A stretch of 64,000 nt of DNA. Source: Octopus vulgaris (taxonomy: Eukaryota). The DNA is taken from contig OX597826.1 in assembly GCA_951406725.2 (NCBI GenBank), positions 54,188,001 through 54,252,000 of the forward strand, read 5' to 3'. Shown here piece by piece: positions 27,141 through 40,304 of this stretch; position 1 is the stretch's first letter; the number at the start of each line of letters is the position of its first letter. The notes beneath the pieces were generated by a model, which was not told the DNA's origin, ran no database searches, and saw only the letters and a program-made list of their open reading frames with translations. The translations under genes and the position numbers were made by a program.

Positions 27141-28512
27141 ACGCACACACACATAAAATTTTAAAAATGTGTTGGAAGGTATGTCATTTGCCAAAATGAT
27201 CTGAGATCAGTAGACACAGGTTGCTGTTTCTCCTGATGAAATAAGCCAATTGTTTTGTAATAATTCACGGTAGGAACAGCAGGGACGTTAACAAGCAACA
27301 CAATAATAACAATAACAACAACAACAACAACAACAACTGCAGTAGCATTGACAAGCAACACGTTAACAACAACAACAACAATAACAACAGCAGCAACTGT
27401 AGGCAGTATAACAACAACAAAAAATGTAACAACAACGATGCTAACAGTCACAATAACAGCAACAACAATAGGCAGTGTAGCAACAAAAGTAAGAACAACA
27501 GCAATAATAGCAACAATCACAACAGTTAGAAGCATCTAAAAGCAGCATAAGAACAACAACAACAACAAAAATAACAACAGCTACAACAATAGCAGCATCA
27601 AGAAGCATAATCAACAACAACAATAATAATAATAATAGCAGGAACACCATTATCACCAGCAACATCAGTACAGGCCAACAAAGGAAGTTTTCTAGGAGGT
27701 CGTTCAACCTGCTAGAAATAGCAAGTAAATTGGCTGTAAAATTTGTAGACAAAGAAAGACATTTGATTTTGATTTTGACCTCAAAAATGTGACAGGGCAT
27801 GTCCCTCCACCGATTCTGTCAAAACATTACTTCACACATGCAACAACAAAAAACAGGCAAAAATAAAACAAAAAAAGTAGTTTGGTGTAAATTTTGGAAT
27901 CAAGGTGGGAAAGATTAAAGAAGGGAAAAGTCGGGTTTCAGGGTTTGGAATTGAAGAGATAAAAGTAAAAATACGTTTTACCATTCAAATAGTGCTGATT
28001 TCAAATCTGAATGAGCTCAATTTTACCTTCCATCTTTTTGGGGTTGATAAAATATATATATATATATATACATATATGACTCTAGAATAGTGGATTGTTG
28101 CAACTGTGAGAATGTCAACCTTAATGTATAGATCAGGTTCCTTGCATTTTGAGTTTAAATCCCATCCAGGCCTACTTATAGTGTAACACCACTATCCTGG
28201 TTCCTGAGTGCTTTTTGTGGAGTCCACACTGTTGTAAGGATTCAGAACAGTCCTCTAGCTATTCTATAAACCCTGTAAGGAGTCACATACACATGCACCC
28301 GTGCACACATGCATACATACACACATACACACCCATGCATGCGCGCACACTCACAAACAAATGTTTGTATGTATGTTTATATATGTATGTGTATGTATAT
28401 CTATCTTTCTATCTATCTATCTATCTATATATATATATAAATATATATTTGTATAAGTATGTATGTGTTTATATATGTATCTGTGTGTGTATGTATATAT
28501 GTTTATATATAT

Positions 28513-28742
28513 AAGGCGGCGAGCTGGCAGAATCGTTAGCACGCCGGGCGAAATGCTTTGCGGTATTTCGTCTGCCGCTGCGTTCTGAGTTCAAATTCCA
28601 CCGAGGTCGACTTTGCCTTTCATCCTTTCGGGGTCAATAAATTAAGTACCAGTTACACACTGGGGTCGTTGTAATCGACTTAATTCATTTGTCTGTCTTT
28701 GTTTGTCCCCTCTATGTTTAGCCCCTTGTGGGTAATAAGAAT
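28513..28742 (+). mobile_element. SINE family B, full length
   Basis: aaggcggcgagctggcagaa head, GAGTTCAAATTCC B box, gtcgactttgcctttcatcctttcggggtc core, ccccttgtgggtaataa tail. Confidence 0.85.
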
Positions 28743-28921
28743 ACATATATATAAATGTATATATATTAATAGTTATCGCCAAGCTAATATGGCAGTCCAT
28801 AAATATAGGACGAAAGCTGCCATTGATTAGCTCCAAGAGGCCATTGCCTCTAGCTAGCTATATGACACACGAACCTGTGCCCATTATAACCTTCGAACAG
28901 GGGAGGTCAGCCACTTCCACT

Positions 28922-28960
28922 TGCAGACATGTTTCAGGGTATTTGCCCTTTATCAATGCA
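28922..28960 (-). ncRNA. Minimal type I hammerhead ribozyme motif, U3-A8 core
   Basis: Minus strand TGCA-TTGATAA-AGGG caaata CCCT-GAAA-CATG-TC-TGCA: stem I 4 bp, stem II 4 bp, palindromic stem III ACAUGU, GUC triplet. Confidence 0.75.
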
Positions 28961-29280
28961 GAGTAGTTGAATCCAGCAGGCGTCACTACTGACCATCTGT
29001 TCGAAGGATTAGTTACCTAAATTCAGTAGAATACATCCACTGGTTTTCAAAAATAGAAATATTATAATTTCTGAGTCTCTCTAAAGGAGACTACGGCAAT
29101 GGTACTGGATATTAATAGTTATCACCAAGCTAATATGGCAGTCCATAAATATAGGACGAAAGCTGCTGTTGATTAGCTCCAAGAGGCCATCACCTCTAGC
29201 TAGCTATATGACACACAAACCTGTGCCCATTATAACCTTCGAACAGGAGAGGTCAGCCGCTTCCCCTTGCTGGTCAGGCA

Positions 29281-29323
29281 TCTGCAGATATGTTTCAGGG
29301 TATTTGCCCTTTATCAATGCAGA
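29281..29323 (-). ncRNA. Second copy of minimal hammerhead motif, U3-A8 core
   Basis: TCTGCA-TTGATAA-AGGG caaata CCCT-GAAA-CATA-TC-TGCAGA; 6-bp stem I, one G>A change in stem III. Confidence 0.68.
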
Positions 29324-29599
29324 GCAGCCGAACCCAGCAGGCATCGCTACTGACTGTCTGTCCGAAGGATTATTTACCCAAATTCAGAATTCACCAACTT
29401 AGACAAGGAGACCATCCAGAAGAGTTGCAGGAGATTCCAAAAGCATGGTTGATGCCAATGGTGATTCTATTGAATAAATTCGCTCTTTAGTATTTCAAGA
29501 TATTTTTATGTAATTTTGGTAAATATACCTGTTAAAATGAAATGTCAGTTTTATTTTCATTTTTGCATGATTTAGACAACAGTCTATTCACTGCACCCT

Positions 29600-29660
<61 letters not shown>

Positions 29661-30058
29661 GTGTGTGTGTGTGTATGTATGTATGAATGTATGCATACTT
29701 CAGTTGTCATTAGGTACCAATCATCGAAACCCGAGGAGTGGTATTCAGATTGTACAAGTATTTATCACTATAATCAGATGGCATTCAGATGTCCTTTTAT
29801 GGTGACCTCATCTGTCATTCTACCTACTCTAAGTCCTATGGCAACATGTGCAGATGTAACCAGTTAGAAGCATATGGCAAGTTACAGATTTGGTCTGTCA
29901 CCTATGCTTTAAACCATGCAGATCTGCAATGAGACTGAGTAGTCATCTAAGAGGGCATGGATAGAAAGTCTGAAATGTTGTTGACAACAAAGAAGCCCAA
30001 AGAGACATCAATCATCTGTATGTGCCTGTATATGTATGTATGTATGTATGTATGTGTA

Positions 30059-30095
<37 letters not shown>

Positions 30096-30317
30096 ATAAT
30101 TCAGAGGTTTGTTACTACATTTACACCAATACATGTACAATCTTGTTCATTTTCTTTGTGATTCATTCATCATTACTTTAGCATGAAGCCTATGTCGCCT
30201 TAATGAGGCCAAATAAGATCGAAATATGTCCTGAATTATCTCCCTTACATGCCACAATAATTATGATATGCGTTGAATTAATATTATCCTTTTATCATCA
30301 CATAAATATTTCTAATT

Positions 30318-30530
30318 ACTGTATTTGCCTGCATATAAGACACACTCTTGCAAAAGAGACACCCTGATTTTACAAGTATATTTTGTGGAAAAAGCAAATT
30401 TTTATATGCTTTGTCATACGTGCATATATTTGGTAACCCATCTGTGGTGCGACTGCATTAGATGCTTGGCAATTTTTGGTTAGATTTAAGAATATAAAAT
30501 CTGCATTTTACATGCTGGCATATACAGGAG
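30318..30530. mobile_element. Decayed MITE (Tc1/pogo-like termini)
   Basis: tactgtatttgcctgcatataa at left, imperfect complement catgctggcatatacag at right. Confidence 0.45.
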
Positions 30531-30775
30531 ATATTTTAGACTTGTTACATTAAATACATAAATAGTATCTTAGTTATTTAATTACGTAGCTTATAGCTGT
30601 TTCTTTTTTTTCTCTTTTTTTTTTCTTCTGTGAAGTGATGGCCTTTCCTGGTGATAACAGCATTAACAATGTGAAATACAAGAAGTTTCAAGAGAGGAAA
30701 TCTGTTATTGAAGAAGGAATATTAGAAACAAGGAATGTAACTGGAAGAGGAGATAACTCACAAATGGATACTTAC

Positions 30776-30805
30776 AAAATCTGTTTCATCAACAAAATAT
30801 GATGA
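30776..30805 (-). CDS. Putative 30-nt coding microexon (SSYFVDETDF)
   Basis: Long pyrimidine tract ending cctatttag|, donor TTT|GTAAGT, phase 0-0, open frame. Confidence 0.55.
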
Positions 30806-30939
30806 CTAAATAGGTAAATAAACGCAAAATAAAAATGAAAACAAAATAAAAATAAACATTAAAAAAATAGAGATAAATAAATAGAATGAAATAATAAAAA
30901 AACAAAAAACAAAAGACAATTTTTTAATCCTCCCTCTTT

Positions 30940-31608
30940 ATCTTTTTCTTGTTTCAGTTTGTTGATCTGTGGCCATGCTGGGGCACCAACTTGAAAGGTT
31001 TTAGTTAGATATTTATTCTATCGGTCTCTTTTGATGAACTGCTAAATTATGGGAATGTAAACAAGCCAACACCAATTGTCAAGTGGTGGTGGTGAATAAA
31101 CACACATCAGATACGAAAATGACTGGGATTACGAAATATGAAAACGACATGAAATATGGAGGCAAACCTGGGTATGCGAACAATGAGAGAAACAAATGGA
31201 AAATAAGACAGGTAACTTCATCAGTTGTCCACTGTTTATCTGCTCCACATTTCGAGCAATTCATGACAATATGTGTCTTTGAAAAACAGTTGCTCCCACG
31301 AACCAAAATAAAATTTGAGATTTGCGGAGGGTCAAAGCTGGTAAAAAAACAGGACACTGGAGACATAAAACAAACCAAATGGAAACAAAGAGGGAGTGCT
31401 GTTAGGCCAGACGAGGTAAGGTAGTGAACTCTGACAAAATATATGATGGGCTTCTACACAATTTCCATGTACCAAATTCAATGAGGGCATAGGTCAACTT
31501 GAGACAATAACAGAAAACACTTGTCCAAATTGCCACAGAGTGGAACTGAACCTGAAACCACATGACTGTAGAATGAGCTTTTTAACTACAAAGTCTTGCC
31601 TGTGCCTA
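30940..31608 (-). mobile_element. SINE family A interrupted by ~320-bp unclassified insert (31120-31440)
   Basis: Tail half at 30940-31110 and head half at 31440-31608 flank unrelated sequence. Confidence 0.65.
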
Positions 31609-32295
31609 TAAAGCCTTATCTGAAAATCAATTAATTTCTTTGTTAGTGTGAGCAGGATTTGATCTCAAAACTCTAAGAGAACAAATTACTTGTTAGTTTA
31701 TCTTTCAGTCATGATAAGGTCGAGCATTTACTAACGTTTCACTGAGAAGGTCTAATAAGACTGGAACATGTCTGGAGTGGTCATCATAATGTCGAAGCTT
31801 AGAACTTATGCAAAAAAGGTACCCCCACCACATTTCTTACACTTTATCTATAATTATATTTGGATAATTGAAATTTTGATGTTGTCTCCTCTTATTTCTT
31901 AACCAGAATTAACCATAAAGCTAATGGGCATTTCTCTCTCTCTCTCTCTCTCTCTCATCACTAAAAGATGTAATTTTAATTAACCAAAATATTTTGATTC
32001 ACTTTATTAAGTATATATATTAAGCAGTTTAACTATATATATTTCATGCAGATGGCATGTTATTTTTCTGGCATTTCAATAAAAAGTTTACAAAGCTGCA
32101 TCTCTCTCTCTCTTTCACCCTCTCTCTCTCTCTCTCTCCCTATCTCTCTCTCTCTTTTTCTCCTCCTCTCGTTCTTTCTCTCTTCTGCTGCTTTTTCCAG
32201 AAGTTATGGCTAGCTCATTGGATATCATGCAAACTATTGTTCATATTCTATTACTGACTATAGATTGCTAGGATTGTTAGTAGTAGTAGTAGTAA

Positions 32296-32330
<35 letters not shown>

Positions 32331-32606
32331 GTAGTAGTAGTAGTAGTAGTATGAGGGCATGCATTGTAACAGCACATCACTGCAGCCACCATTTGGTGGT
32401 AATTCCCTACTCCTGGTGGATGACACCTTTGCACTATTCTGGTAACAACCCTCCAACCCGTGAGTTTGCTTTTTGGGGGTAGTCATTGCTGGTAAAAGTT
32501 TTACAAGGCTGGAGTGAAAACCCTACATCAACCTCTCCTAGTTGCCATGACATGCAGATGAACCATTGGGTCTATTTTCTTGACATACTGGTCCCTATGC
32601 AGCACA

Positions 32607-32990
32607 AGGCATAGGAGTGGCTGTGAGGTAAGTAGTTTGCTTTCCAACCACATGGTACCTTGGGCAAGTGTCTTCTACTATAGTCCCGGGCTGACCAAAG
32701 CCTTGTGAGTGGATTTGGTAGACGGAAACTGAAAGAAGCCCATTGTATATATGTATATATATATGTATGTGTGTGTGTATATGTTTGTGTGTCTGTGTTT
32801 GTCCCCCAAAATTGCTTGACAACCGATGTTAGTGTGTTTACATTCCCGTAACTTAGTGGTTTGGCAAAATAGATTGATAGAAGAAGTACTAGGCATACAA
32901 AGAATAAGTCCTGGTGTCGATTTGCTCTACTAAAGGCAGTGCCCCAGCATGGCCACAGTCAAATGACTGAAACAAGTAAAAGAGTAAAAA
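32607..32990 (+). mobile_element. SINE family A
   Basis: Matches the 40749 copy with a short head deletion. Confidence 0.85.
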
Positions 32991-33002
32991 CGTCTGTTGT
33001 AT

Positions 33003-33185
33003 TTAAGTTAAGTTAAGTTAATTTTTTGGCTCAAAAAGCAAAAAGCAAGGCCATGTAGGGGGACATGGAGTTATGTACAGGGAGGGTGTTCATGCAAAGA
33101 GTTCAGGCCATTTCTGGTCAAGAGAGACTTTGAACCGAGCGGTCGTCAGCAACTTCACTATCTCGTCTGGCAGCTTATTCCACGT
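33003..33185 (-). mobile_element. CR1-group LINE extreme 3' end
   Basis: WNKLPDEIVKLLTTARFKVSLDQKWPELFA*, short 3' UTR, (TAACT)n tail. Confidence 0.75.
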
Positions 33186-33349
33186 CAGTTATTAATGTTC
33201 TGCATTCAAATCTAATTCCAACCAACTTTGTCTTTTATCTTTCTAGGGACACTAAAATACAAGGGTCAATTCAATACTCCCACAATGCATCCTACATATT
33301 TATGGAACTATAAGATGAAGAAACATCTGTATCTCTTCATGATTTATTG

Positions 33350-33705
33350 CATTCATCCATCAATCCATCCATCTGTCTGTCCATCCATTCATCCATCCAT
33401 CCATCCATCCAACCATCCATCCATTCACTGGTTCATCTATCTGTTAGTCCATCCATCCATCCGTCCATCCATTCACTGGGTCATCTATCTCTTAGTCCAT
33501 CCATCCATCCATCCATCCATCCATCCATTCACTGGTTCATCTATCTGTTAGTCCATCCATCCATCCATTGGTCCATGTCCTTTGGTTCATCCGTCCATTG
33601 GCCCACCTGTCTATTGGTCCATTGGTCCATCCATCAATCCATTCATTTTTGGTCCATCTGTCTATTGGTCCCTCCATCCCTTGGTCCATCCATCCATCCA
33701 TTGGT
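33350..33705. repeat. Compound (CCAT)n microsatellite / minisatellite
   Basis: ccat runs with recurring cattcactggttcatctatctgttagt spacer. Confidence 0.9.
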
Positions 33706-34029
33706 CCGTATACAACCATTGATTGAGCCAACAAGAAACTCTCTATGTAGTCACTTGACTAGCTAGAAATAGCAGTTGAAACCATGATCATATCTTACCA
33801 ACTTAAATGAATAACGTGTTGGACAGTGTGAGTGTAGACTCTGATGTATGAAATAGTTGTGTTAGTTATGTCTGGAAGGACTTTGATTATATATCTTTCT
33901 GATCAGTACTGGCCTGGGGTTAGACAACAACAGCTATTAGTTTATATTTAACGAAGGATGTTGTTATTATATTGGGTGTTGCTGCAAAATGTTGGTGAAG
34001 TCAGTGAAGTGGAACAGTTTCTTATTTTT

Positions 34030-34428
34030 TTATTGCCCACAAGGGGCTAAACATAGAGGGAACAAACAAAGACCGATAAATGAATTAAGTTGATTACATC
34101 GACCCCAGTGCGTAACTGGTACTTAATTTATCGACACCGAAAAGATGAAAGGTAAAGTCGACCTCGGTGGAATTTGAACTCAGAACATAACATCAGTTGA
34201 AATACCTATTTCTTTACTACCCACAAGGGGCTAAACACAGAGAGGACAAACAAGGACAGACAAACAGATTAAGTCGATTATAGCGACCCCAGTGCGTAAC
34301 TGGTACTTATTTAATCGACCCTGAAAGGATGAAAGGCAAAGCCAACCTCGGTGGAATGTAGTGGCAGACAAAATACTGCTAAGCATTTCACCCGGTGTGC
34401 TAACGTTTCTGCCAGCTCGACGCCTTGA
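34030..34428 (-). mobile_element. SINE family B with tandemly duplicated body
   Basis: Two body-plus-tail units joined at aaatac|ctatttctttactac near 34205. Confidence 0.8.
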
Positions 34429-34729
34429 AGTGGAACAGTTTCCTGTGGATTTTACTACAATCACTGGTTTCTAGGAATTTAATCTCTTGCTCCTGAGAAA
34501 CAGAAACGAATAAAATGCTAAAAATGCCAACTTATACAGTATATAGTATTACAAATGTTGATGTCATTTTTATTACAGTAACTGGAGTGAATAACCTATT
34601 TCCATTGACCCATTTGCCATTAAAAAAGGAGACGAAGAGAAGTCACTCATCCATAGCGAGTACACAGAGTACACATACGTATGTACTCTAGTGGCAACCT
34701 CATAACATCGACGTATAAATCTTGGTTCT

Positions 34730-35420
34730 ACTGCTCACAATGCAAATGACCAGAAGATGACCCCTTTCCTGCTTGAATCCCAAGCATGATCAACTGAGAC
34801 CTCAGATATTATCCAGCTGTCTCATTCTTGGTCTACATGTTGGTTTTTTTGCCACTTGACTCTGCTTGAAGAATCTGCCTTGACATATCCTTCCCCTGTG
34901 GCATTCTAACCAATTGTCTGTAGTACCAGAGCTGTGACTTTTCAATATGGAGAAATAAGCATCTAGACTTGGATAGACTCCCTGGTCTCCATGCTATGCC
35001 CCTTGTTGAGTGATGTTACCCCAGAGATTCTTTGAAAGAAACTCATTTCAGCTACTTGTATTTGTGGCTGTACAATTTCTAATTAAGTACCATGGGTAGA
35101 AATACCTAACAACCAACAGTGATTCAAAGAGAGATTTCTTTCTGTTGCCATTTGTTGTTAAAATTTCTTCTGTCCTCCATTCTCTAACTATCTCTCTCAC
35201 CCTGAGAAATTGGGATAAAAGAGTGATACACCCGAAGAAGGAATTCTATGAGGTGGAGTATCAGAGCAGCAAATCTCTCAAGCTAATGTATATATACTGT
35301 TGACAGGCTAGTTACTGCAGTACTTGTCCTGAGACAACATTTGCAGTGTTAAAAACAAAAAATATTAGAAAAAGACGAAAATTTATCTCAGAAGTGTCCA
35401 GTAAGAGTATCAGATGCATT
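34730..35420 (-). mobile_element. Decayed RTE-clade LINE fragment
   Basis: QIQVAEMSFFQRISGVT..LHIEKSQLWYY..LVRMP..RQILQA..RPRMR on the minus strand. Confidence 0.7.
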
Positions 35421-36072
35421 TTGGCTTTTGGGTCTTTTCAGTAGGACTGCATACTCACAATTAGCTACATGGTCAGATGAAAATTCATTATTTCCAATAT
35501 AGGAAAAAGGACTCAAGTTGCTACCTTGTCACATCAGCCACAAACCTCAGATTGGTTGCTCATAACACATAAGAACAGAAAATGACTAAGTAATAGTCAT
35601 TCATAGCAGATTTATTTCCATGTTATTTGATGCCAAATCCTTGGGAATTCTTTGTCCCTAGATTGTTTTTCCTTCTTGAAACTGGGACGAAAGTATTCCA
35701 TCCATAGAAGAAATTCCATGAAGTAAAGTAACTGAACACCAGATCGCTCTGGTTGATGTTTTTTCATGTTTTTTTTTTTTTTTTTTTTTTTGTGGCATTG
35801 CTTTTTGTATCCTATCTGGATGTGACTAATTATAGTTATTTAAATTGCAGAAGGAAAGAAGCAAAAAGAAAGATGGTGATGTTATGCCTGAATATTTTTC
35901 AGATTTTAAACAAAACAGCAGTGTTGCCATTTTGTGAGTGAACTAGTTTTTTTATTTTTATTTTTAGCCCAATTTCTCAGTAGGAAAACTATTTACATAT
36001 CTTGCACACAAATACACATTGTGTATATGTAAATATAATACAAAACACACACCCACATGCATACATACATAT

Positions 36073-36287
36073 ACTCTTATCTCTTTTACTTGTTTCAGTC
36101 ATTTGACTGTGGCCATGCTGGAGCACCGCCTTTAGTAGAGCAAATCGACACCAGGACTTATTCTTTGTAAGCCTAGTACTTATTCTATCGGTCTCTTTTG
36201 CTGAACCACTAAGTTACAGGGACATAAACTCACCAGCATCGGTTGTCAAGCGATGTTGTGGGGACAAATACAGACACACAAACATAT

Positions 36288-36332
<45 letters not shown>

Positions 36333-36500
36333 TATGACGGGCTTCTTTCAGTTTCCATGTACCAAATCCACTCACAAGGCTTTGGTCGGCCCGAGGCTAT
36401 AGTAGAGGACACTTGCCCAAAGTACCACACAGTGGGACTGAACCCGGAACCATGTGGTTCATAAGCAAGCCACTTACTACACAACCACTCCTACGCCTAT
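36073..36500 (-). mobile_element. SINE family A, full length
   Basis: Reverse complement of the 40749 copy. Confidence 0.9.
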
Positions 36501-36712
36501 ATATGGTGACAAGAAAGTCAATTATTGATAAAAACTGTATAAAAAATAATTTCTTATAACAGTTGTTGATTAGTTTCGATGTTAGAGATATGGTCAAAGA
36601 ACCTCCAATCCTGACCACCCCAATCTACCTTTAGGACATTGCATATTTAAGGCTTGATGACCCAGAGCAGCATGTCTCCCACACAAGTCTGCAGACACAA
36701 TGTGATGGAGAT

Positions 36713-36923
36713 TTAACCAACTGGCTGTATCCAAAATATTCTCCCCATTTCATGTTCAAATTGGCCAGAGCTGGCCTCTCACACCTACCCTACAGTATCA
36801 TTCTAGGAATAAACAATCAATCATTGAAATCTCAAAGCTACAAGATAATGCATGATTAACTAAAAACAATGTAAATAAATAAGCAATATTTTTAACTGAG
36901 TAATATGAACAGTAAAGGGTTAA
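36713..36923. mobile_element. Probable piggyBac-type MITE remnant
   Basis: ttaacc ... aaagggttaa ends (TTAA target). Confidence 0.45.
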
Positions 36924-37147
36924 ATGCTGTTTCAAGCAAAGATTGTTAGAATGTTGAACTAATGTCCAGCAATATTTAGTTAAAACCCTTTATGTTCTGA
37001 GTTCAAATCCTACCATGGTTAATTCTATCTTCAAACTTTTCGGAAGCAATGAAATTAAAAATATGGTACTAGTTCTGTACTAAATGTGTTTTATAATTCT
37101 ACAAGACATTCTTGGTGTAAATAGAATTATAATGCTAGAGATATGAT

Positions 37148-37670
37148 TGTAGCGGTGATTTGAAACCAAACTTCTAGGTATCATGACTGAATCACAATAG
37201 TTTCATATGATTGGTCTATGAAGCAACTGATCAGCTTTAACCCATTGCATGATTCAACCTTCCAGAATATTCTTCTTGTGTTCTATAAAACGTTGCTTTC
37301 GGCAGTAATAAATTGCAGAATATCGAGGCAGCTGAGACAGAGGGTGCAGATTGATGACAAGGACTTCTGTCGCAATAATGCATTTTTACCAGCCTGTCGA
37401 CACAAGGAGGCAGCTAAGACAGAGGGTGCAGATTGATGACAAGGACTTCTGTCACAACAAATATAGCAAAATTGTTACCAGTTATGTTGGGCAAGCTGCA
37501 TGTTGCCATACCAACAACAGCTTGCTATAAACTCCAAGCAGTATCTCTCTCTTTGCCAGTGTGTAATTATTGATGTTGCTATCTGTAGAAGGCCAATGCT
37601 CTGTTATTCTTATGTACAGTAATAAAATCTTCTGCTAAATGTTTGCAGGTTTTGTTCATTTACTTCTACA
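37148..37670 (+). mobile_element. Possible solo LTR
   Basis: TGTAG...CTACA termini, AATAAA at 37621, internal ~50-bp direct repeat (37324 / 37408); no TSD seen. Confidence 0.35.
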
Positions 37671-38804
37671 CACAGCCCAAGAAATGCATTTTCATTCATC
37701 AACACAACTAGCTACCAAGGCAGCCAACAACAACAACAACAACAACAACACCCAAGTGACATGATCAAAAGCATTCCGGTCACAACCATTCCAGCCATCC
37801 ATCACTTGACCCAGAGAGTACCACATCTCTCTTTTCAAGACTGTAGGATGCAATTTGAATGTGATTCATAATCCCATAGGGCATGTCTTTATTCCTCTTC
37901 TACTCTAGAGGGGGTATGTCAGTGATAAGATCATGAATGGCAACAAAGCTAGCTGATTGATTGACTGACCAATTTATCAAATAACTGATTAGTTAATTGG
38001 TTAAATGGTTAACCAATTGTCAAATAATAAAGAGGTGAAATGTAACCAGTGTGTGTGTTTATTGTTGGCATAATGACTCTCCTGCAAAACATCAGAATCT
38101 GGGCGCTACTTTAGCATGTGGTCTACTGCAGTATCTGTAGTCTATGATGTGAAATCACCTGATCTAGGTTAGGACTAGGGCCATGATTTGGGTTTAGGGT
38201 TTAGAGTCAGGGTCAGAGCCAGCAGCTTAGAGTTAGTGTTTCGTATTAAGCTCAGAATTAAGGTTAGGGTTAGACTGCATGCTAGAGTGCAAATGCATGG
38301 TAATCTGCACACTAAACAGCATAATAAGTGGCCCCCAAACCAGTTCAACAGACGAGTTCAGATCAAGAATTTTGCGAAACAAATACAAAAACGAACTTTT
38401 AATTTCAATATTTAATGACCTTCTTCCCGCTTCTCAGTTCAAACCCCGCCGAGGTCTGCTTTGCCTTTCATTCTTTCAGGATCGATGACATAAACATCAG
38501 TTCAGAAGTGCAGTTATTTAAATCGACTAACACCCACCCACCAAAATTTCAGAAAGAATATTAAATGGACTTTTAATTAAAAGTTTTAGAGTTGTCTCCC
38601 TTAGTGTTTTTTAAAAAACTTTTATAAACTTTAAGCAAATAATTAGGAAAAGAAATGCTCCGATCGCTATAGAGATGTATTTTTTGGCTTATTACATCAA
38701 ATGTTACATTGCTCTAATCTAGTCATTAAGTCAAATGAAATAACTAGTTCGACATCACTAAAACAATAACATTGAAATAAACAGAACCGACAACACCATA
38801 ACCA

Positions 38805-39615
38805 AGGAGCCTCCATGTGGTAGCTTGAACTTTTAGAAATAATAGCTAAATCTCGCATAAACTTCACCATACGAGCCATTTTTGTTGTAAATAACGATAA
38901 GATAATTTTGGGGTCGAATATTTTTGATTATTTGTATGTAACATGCCGGCCGCCTTGGACTAAACAACAATGTCAACAACAGGTAGCAGTGATATCACTA
39001 ATGAGAGAGCTTCTCTGTAGTTGCTCGACTAGCTAGGAATAACAACCAAATTTTCCTCAAATCATATATTACAGTCTAAAAAAAAAACAACGTAGGACAA
39101 TGTAACGTAATTCTAGACATACAAACAGACGAGATAGTCATGTTTGGAACACCCCTATTCACAGATCTACCCGATCAGGGTTGATCTAGCGATAAACAAC
39201 ATTAAAACGAGCCGGCGAGGTAGACAACGCCGTCGCATGATCTGTTAGAAATAGCAGCCAAATCTTCAAATCCAACCCTATTGTCTTAATGAAGGAAGGA
39301 CAGACACGTTGAATAATATAGTTTTAGATAAACAAACAGACGAGATGGTCACCGTCGGAAATCTTTGATAATAGTTCTGTAGAACGATTTGATCATTGTT
39401 GACCTGTGAGTTAAACGACAAATGCCACAACACGAGTCACTCGGCCTGCTAAAAATAGCAGCCGAATTTTCATCAAATTACATTTTACCGTGTTAAAAAT
39501 GGAACGACAGCCCTAATGGACAATATAGACTTAGCTATATAGACAGACGAGATGGCCATGGCTAGAAAACATTCGATTATAAGCCTGTTCGATCAGGGCT
39601 TATTTATAGCTAAAT
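38805..39615 (+). repeat. Four tandem decayed copies of ~200-bp repeat family E
   Basis: Each has tagaaatagcagccaaat...gatggtca...gatcaggg..taaacaac; dispersed copies near 7165, 33755, 41810 and 47840 (-). Confidence 0.7.
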
Positions 39616-40304
39616 TGACGTAGATTAAATTGTGTTACTTAATCGACCAGCTTGAGTCAGGAAAAGTGTCTTGAAGTATTTCTTCTGCTCTTTACATAAG
39701 TTTAAATCCAGTCTTTCATCCTTTAGCGGTCAATGAAATAAAGTGCCAGTTTAATACTATGGCCAACATAATAGATTAATCTTTTCTCTCCACAAGTGAT
39801 GGTCTTTTACCTAGATTTAAAACCTTTATTAATACCACATTAAGCTTTTTTTAACATAGTGTCAGATTAAAAAAAATATGTGTTAATAATTGAAAATTTA
39901 TCAAGGTGGTGAGATGGCAGGATTGTTACCGCACCGGACAAAATGCTTAGCGGCATCCAGTCCAACTTGTCGTTCTGAGTTCAAATTCCGTAGTAGTCGA
40001 CTATACCTTTTGTCCCTTTCGGGATGGTTAAAAAAAAAGTACCAGTTCAATACTGGGTTCGATATAATTGACTTATCTACTCACCCGAAATTGTTATCCC
40101 TGTTCCAAAATTTGAAACCAATAATTATAATTGTTTTTCTTTGTCATTAATTAATATTAATGGCGAAATTAATTTGTTACCATGGCATTAGGCCAATATA
40201 TATTTCGCAAAAGACAGCCAAGAGGGCTGGGACTTGTTTTATCAGCCCTACGAACAAGAACGATGTTAATGGATCCCCGAAGTAGTAAAATAACAACCAA
40301 ATCT

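Larger units (their letters stand above)
28763..29530 (-). mobile_element. Penelope-like element 3' remnant with two tandem pseudo-LTR copies
   Basis: Direct repeats 28763-29026 and 29109-29387, each with a hammerhead; upstream decayed frame ILKSEFIQ..SP.GINHAFG resembles a GIY-YIG C-terminus (weak). Confidence 0.6.
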
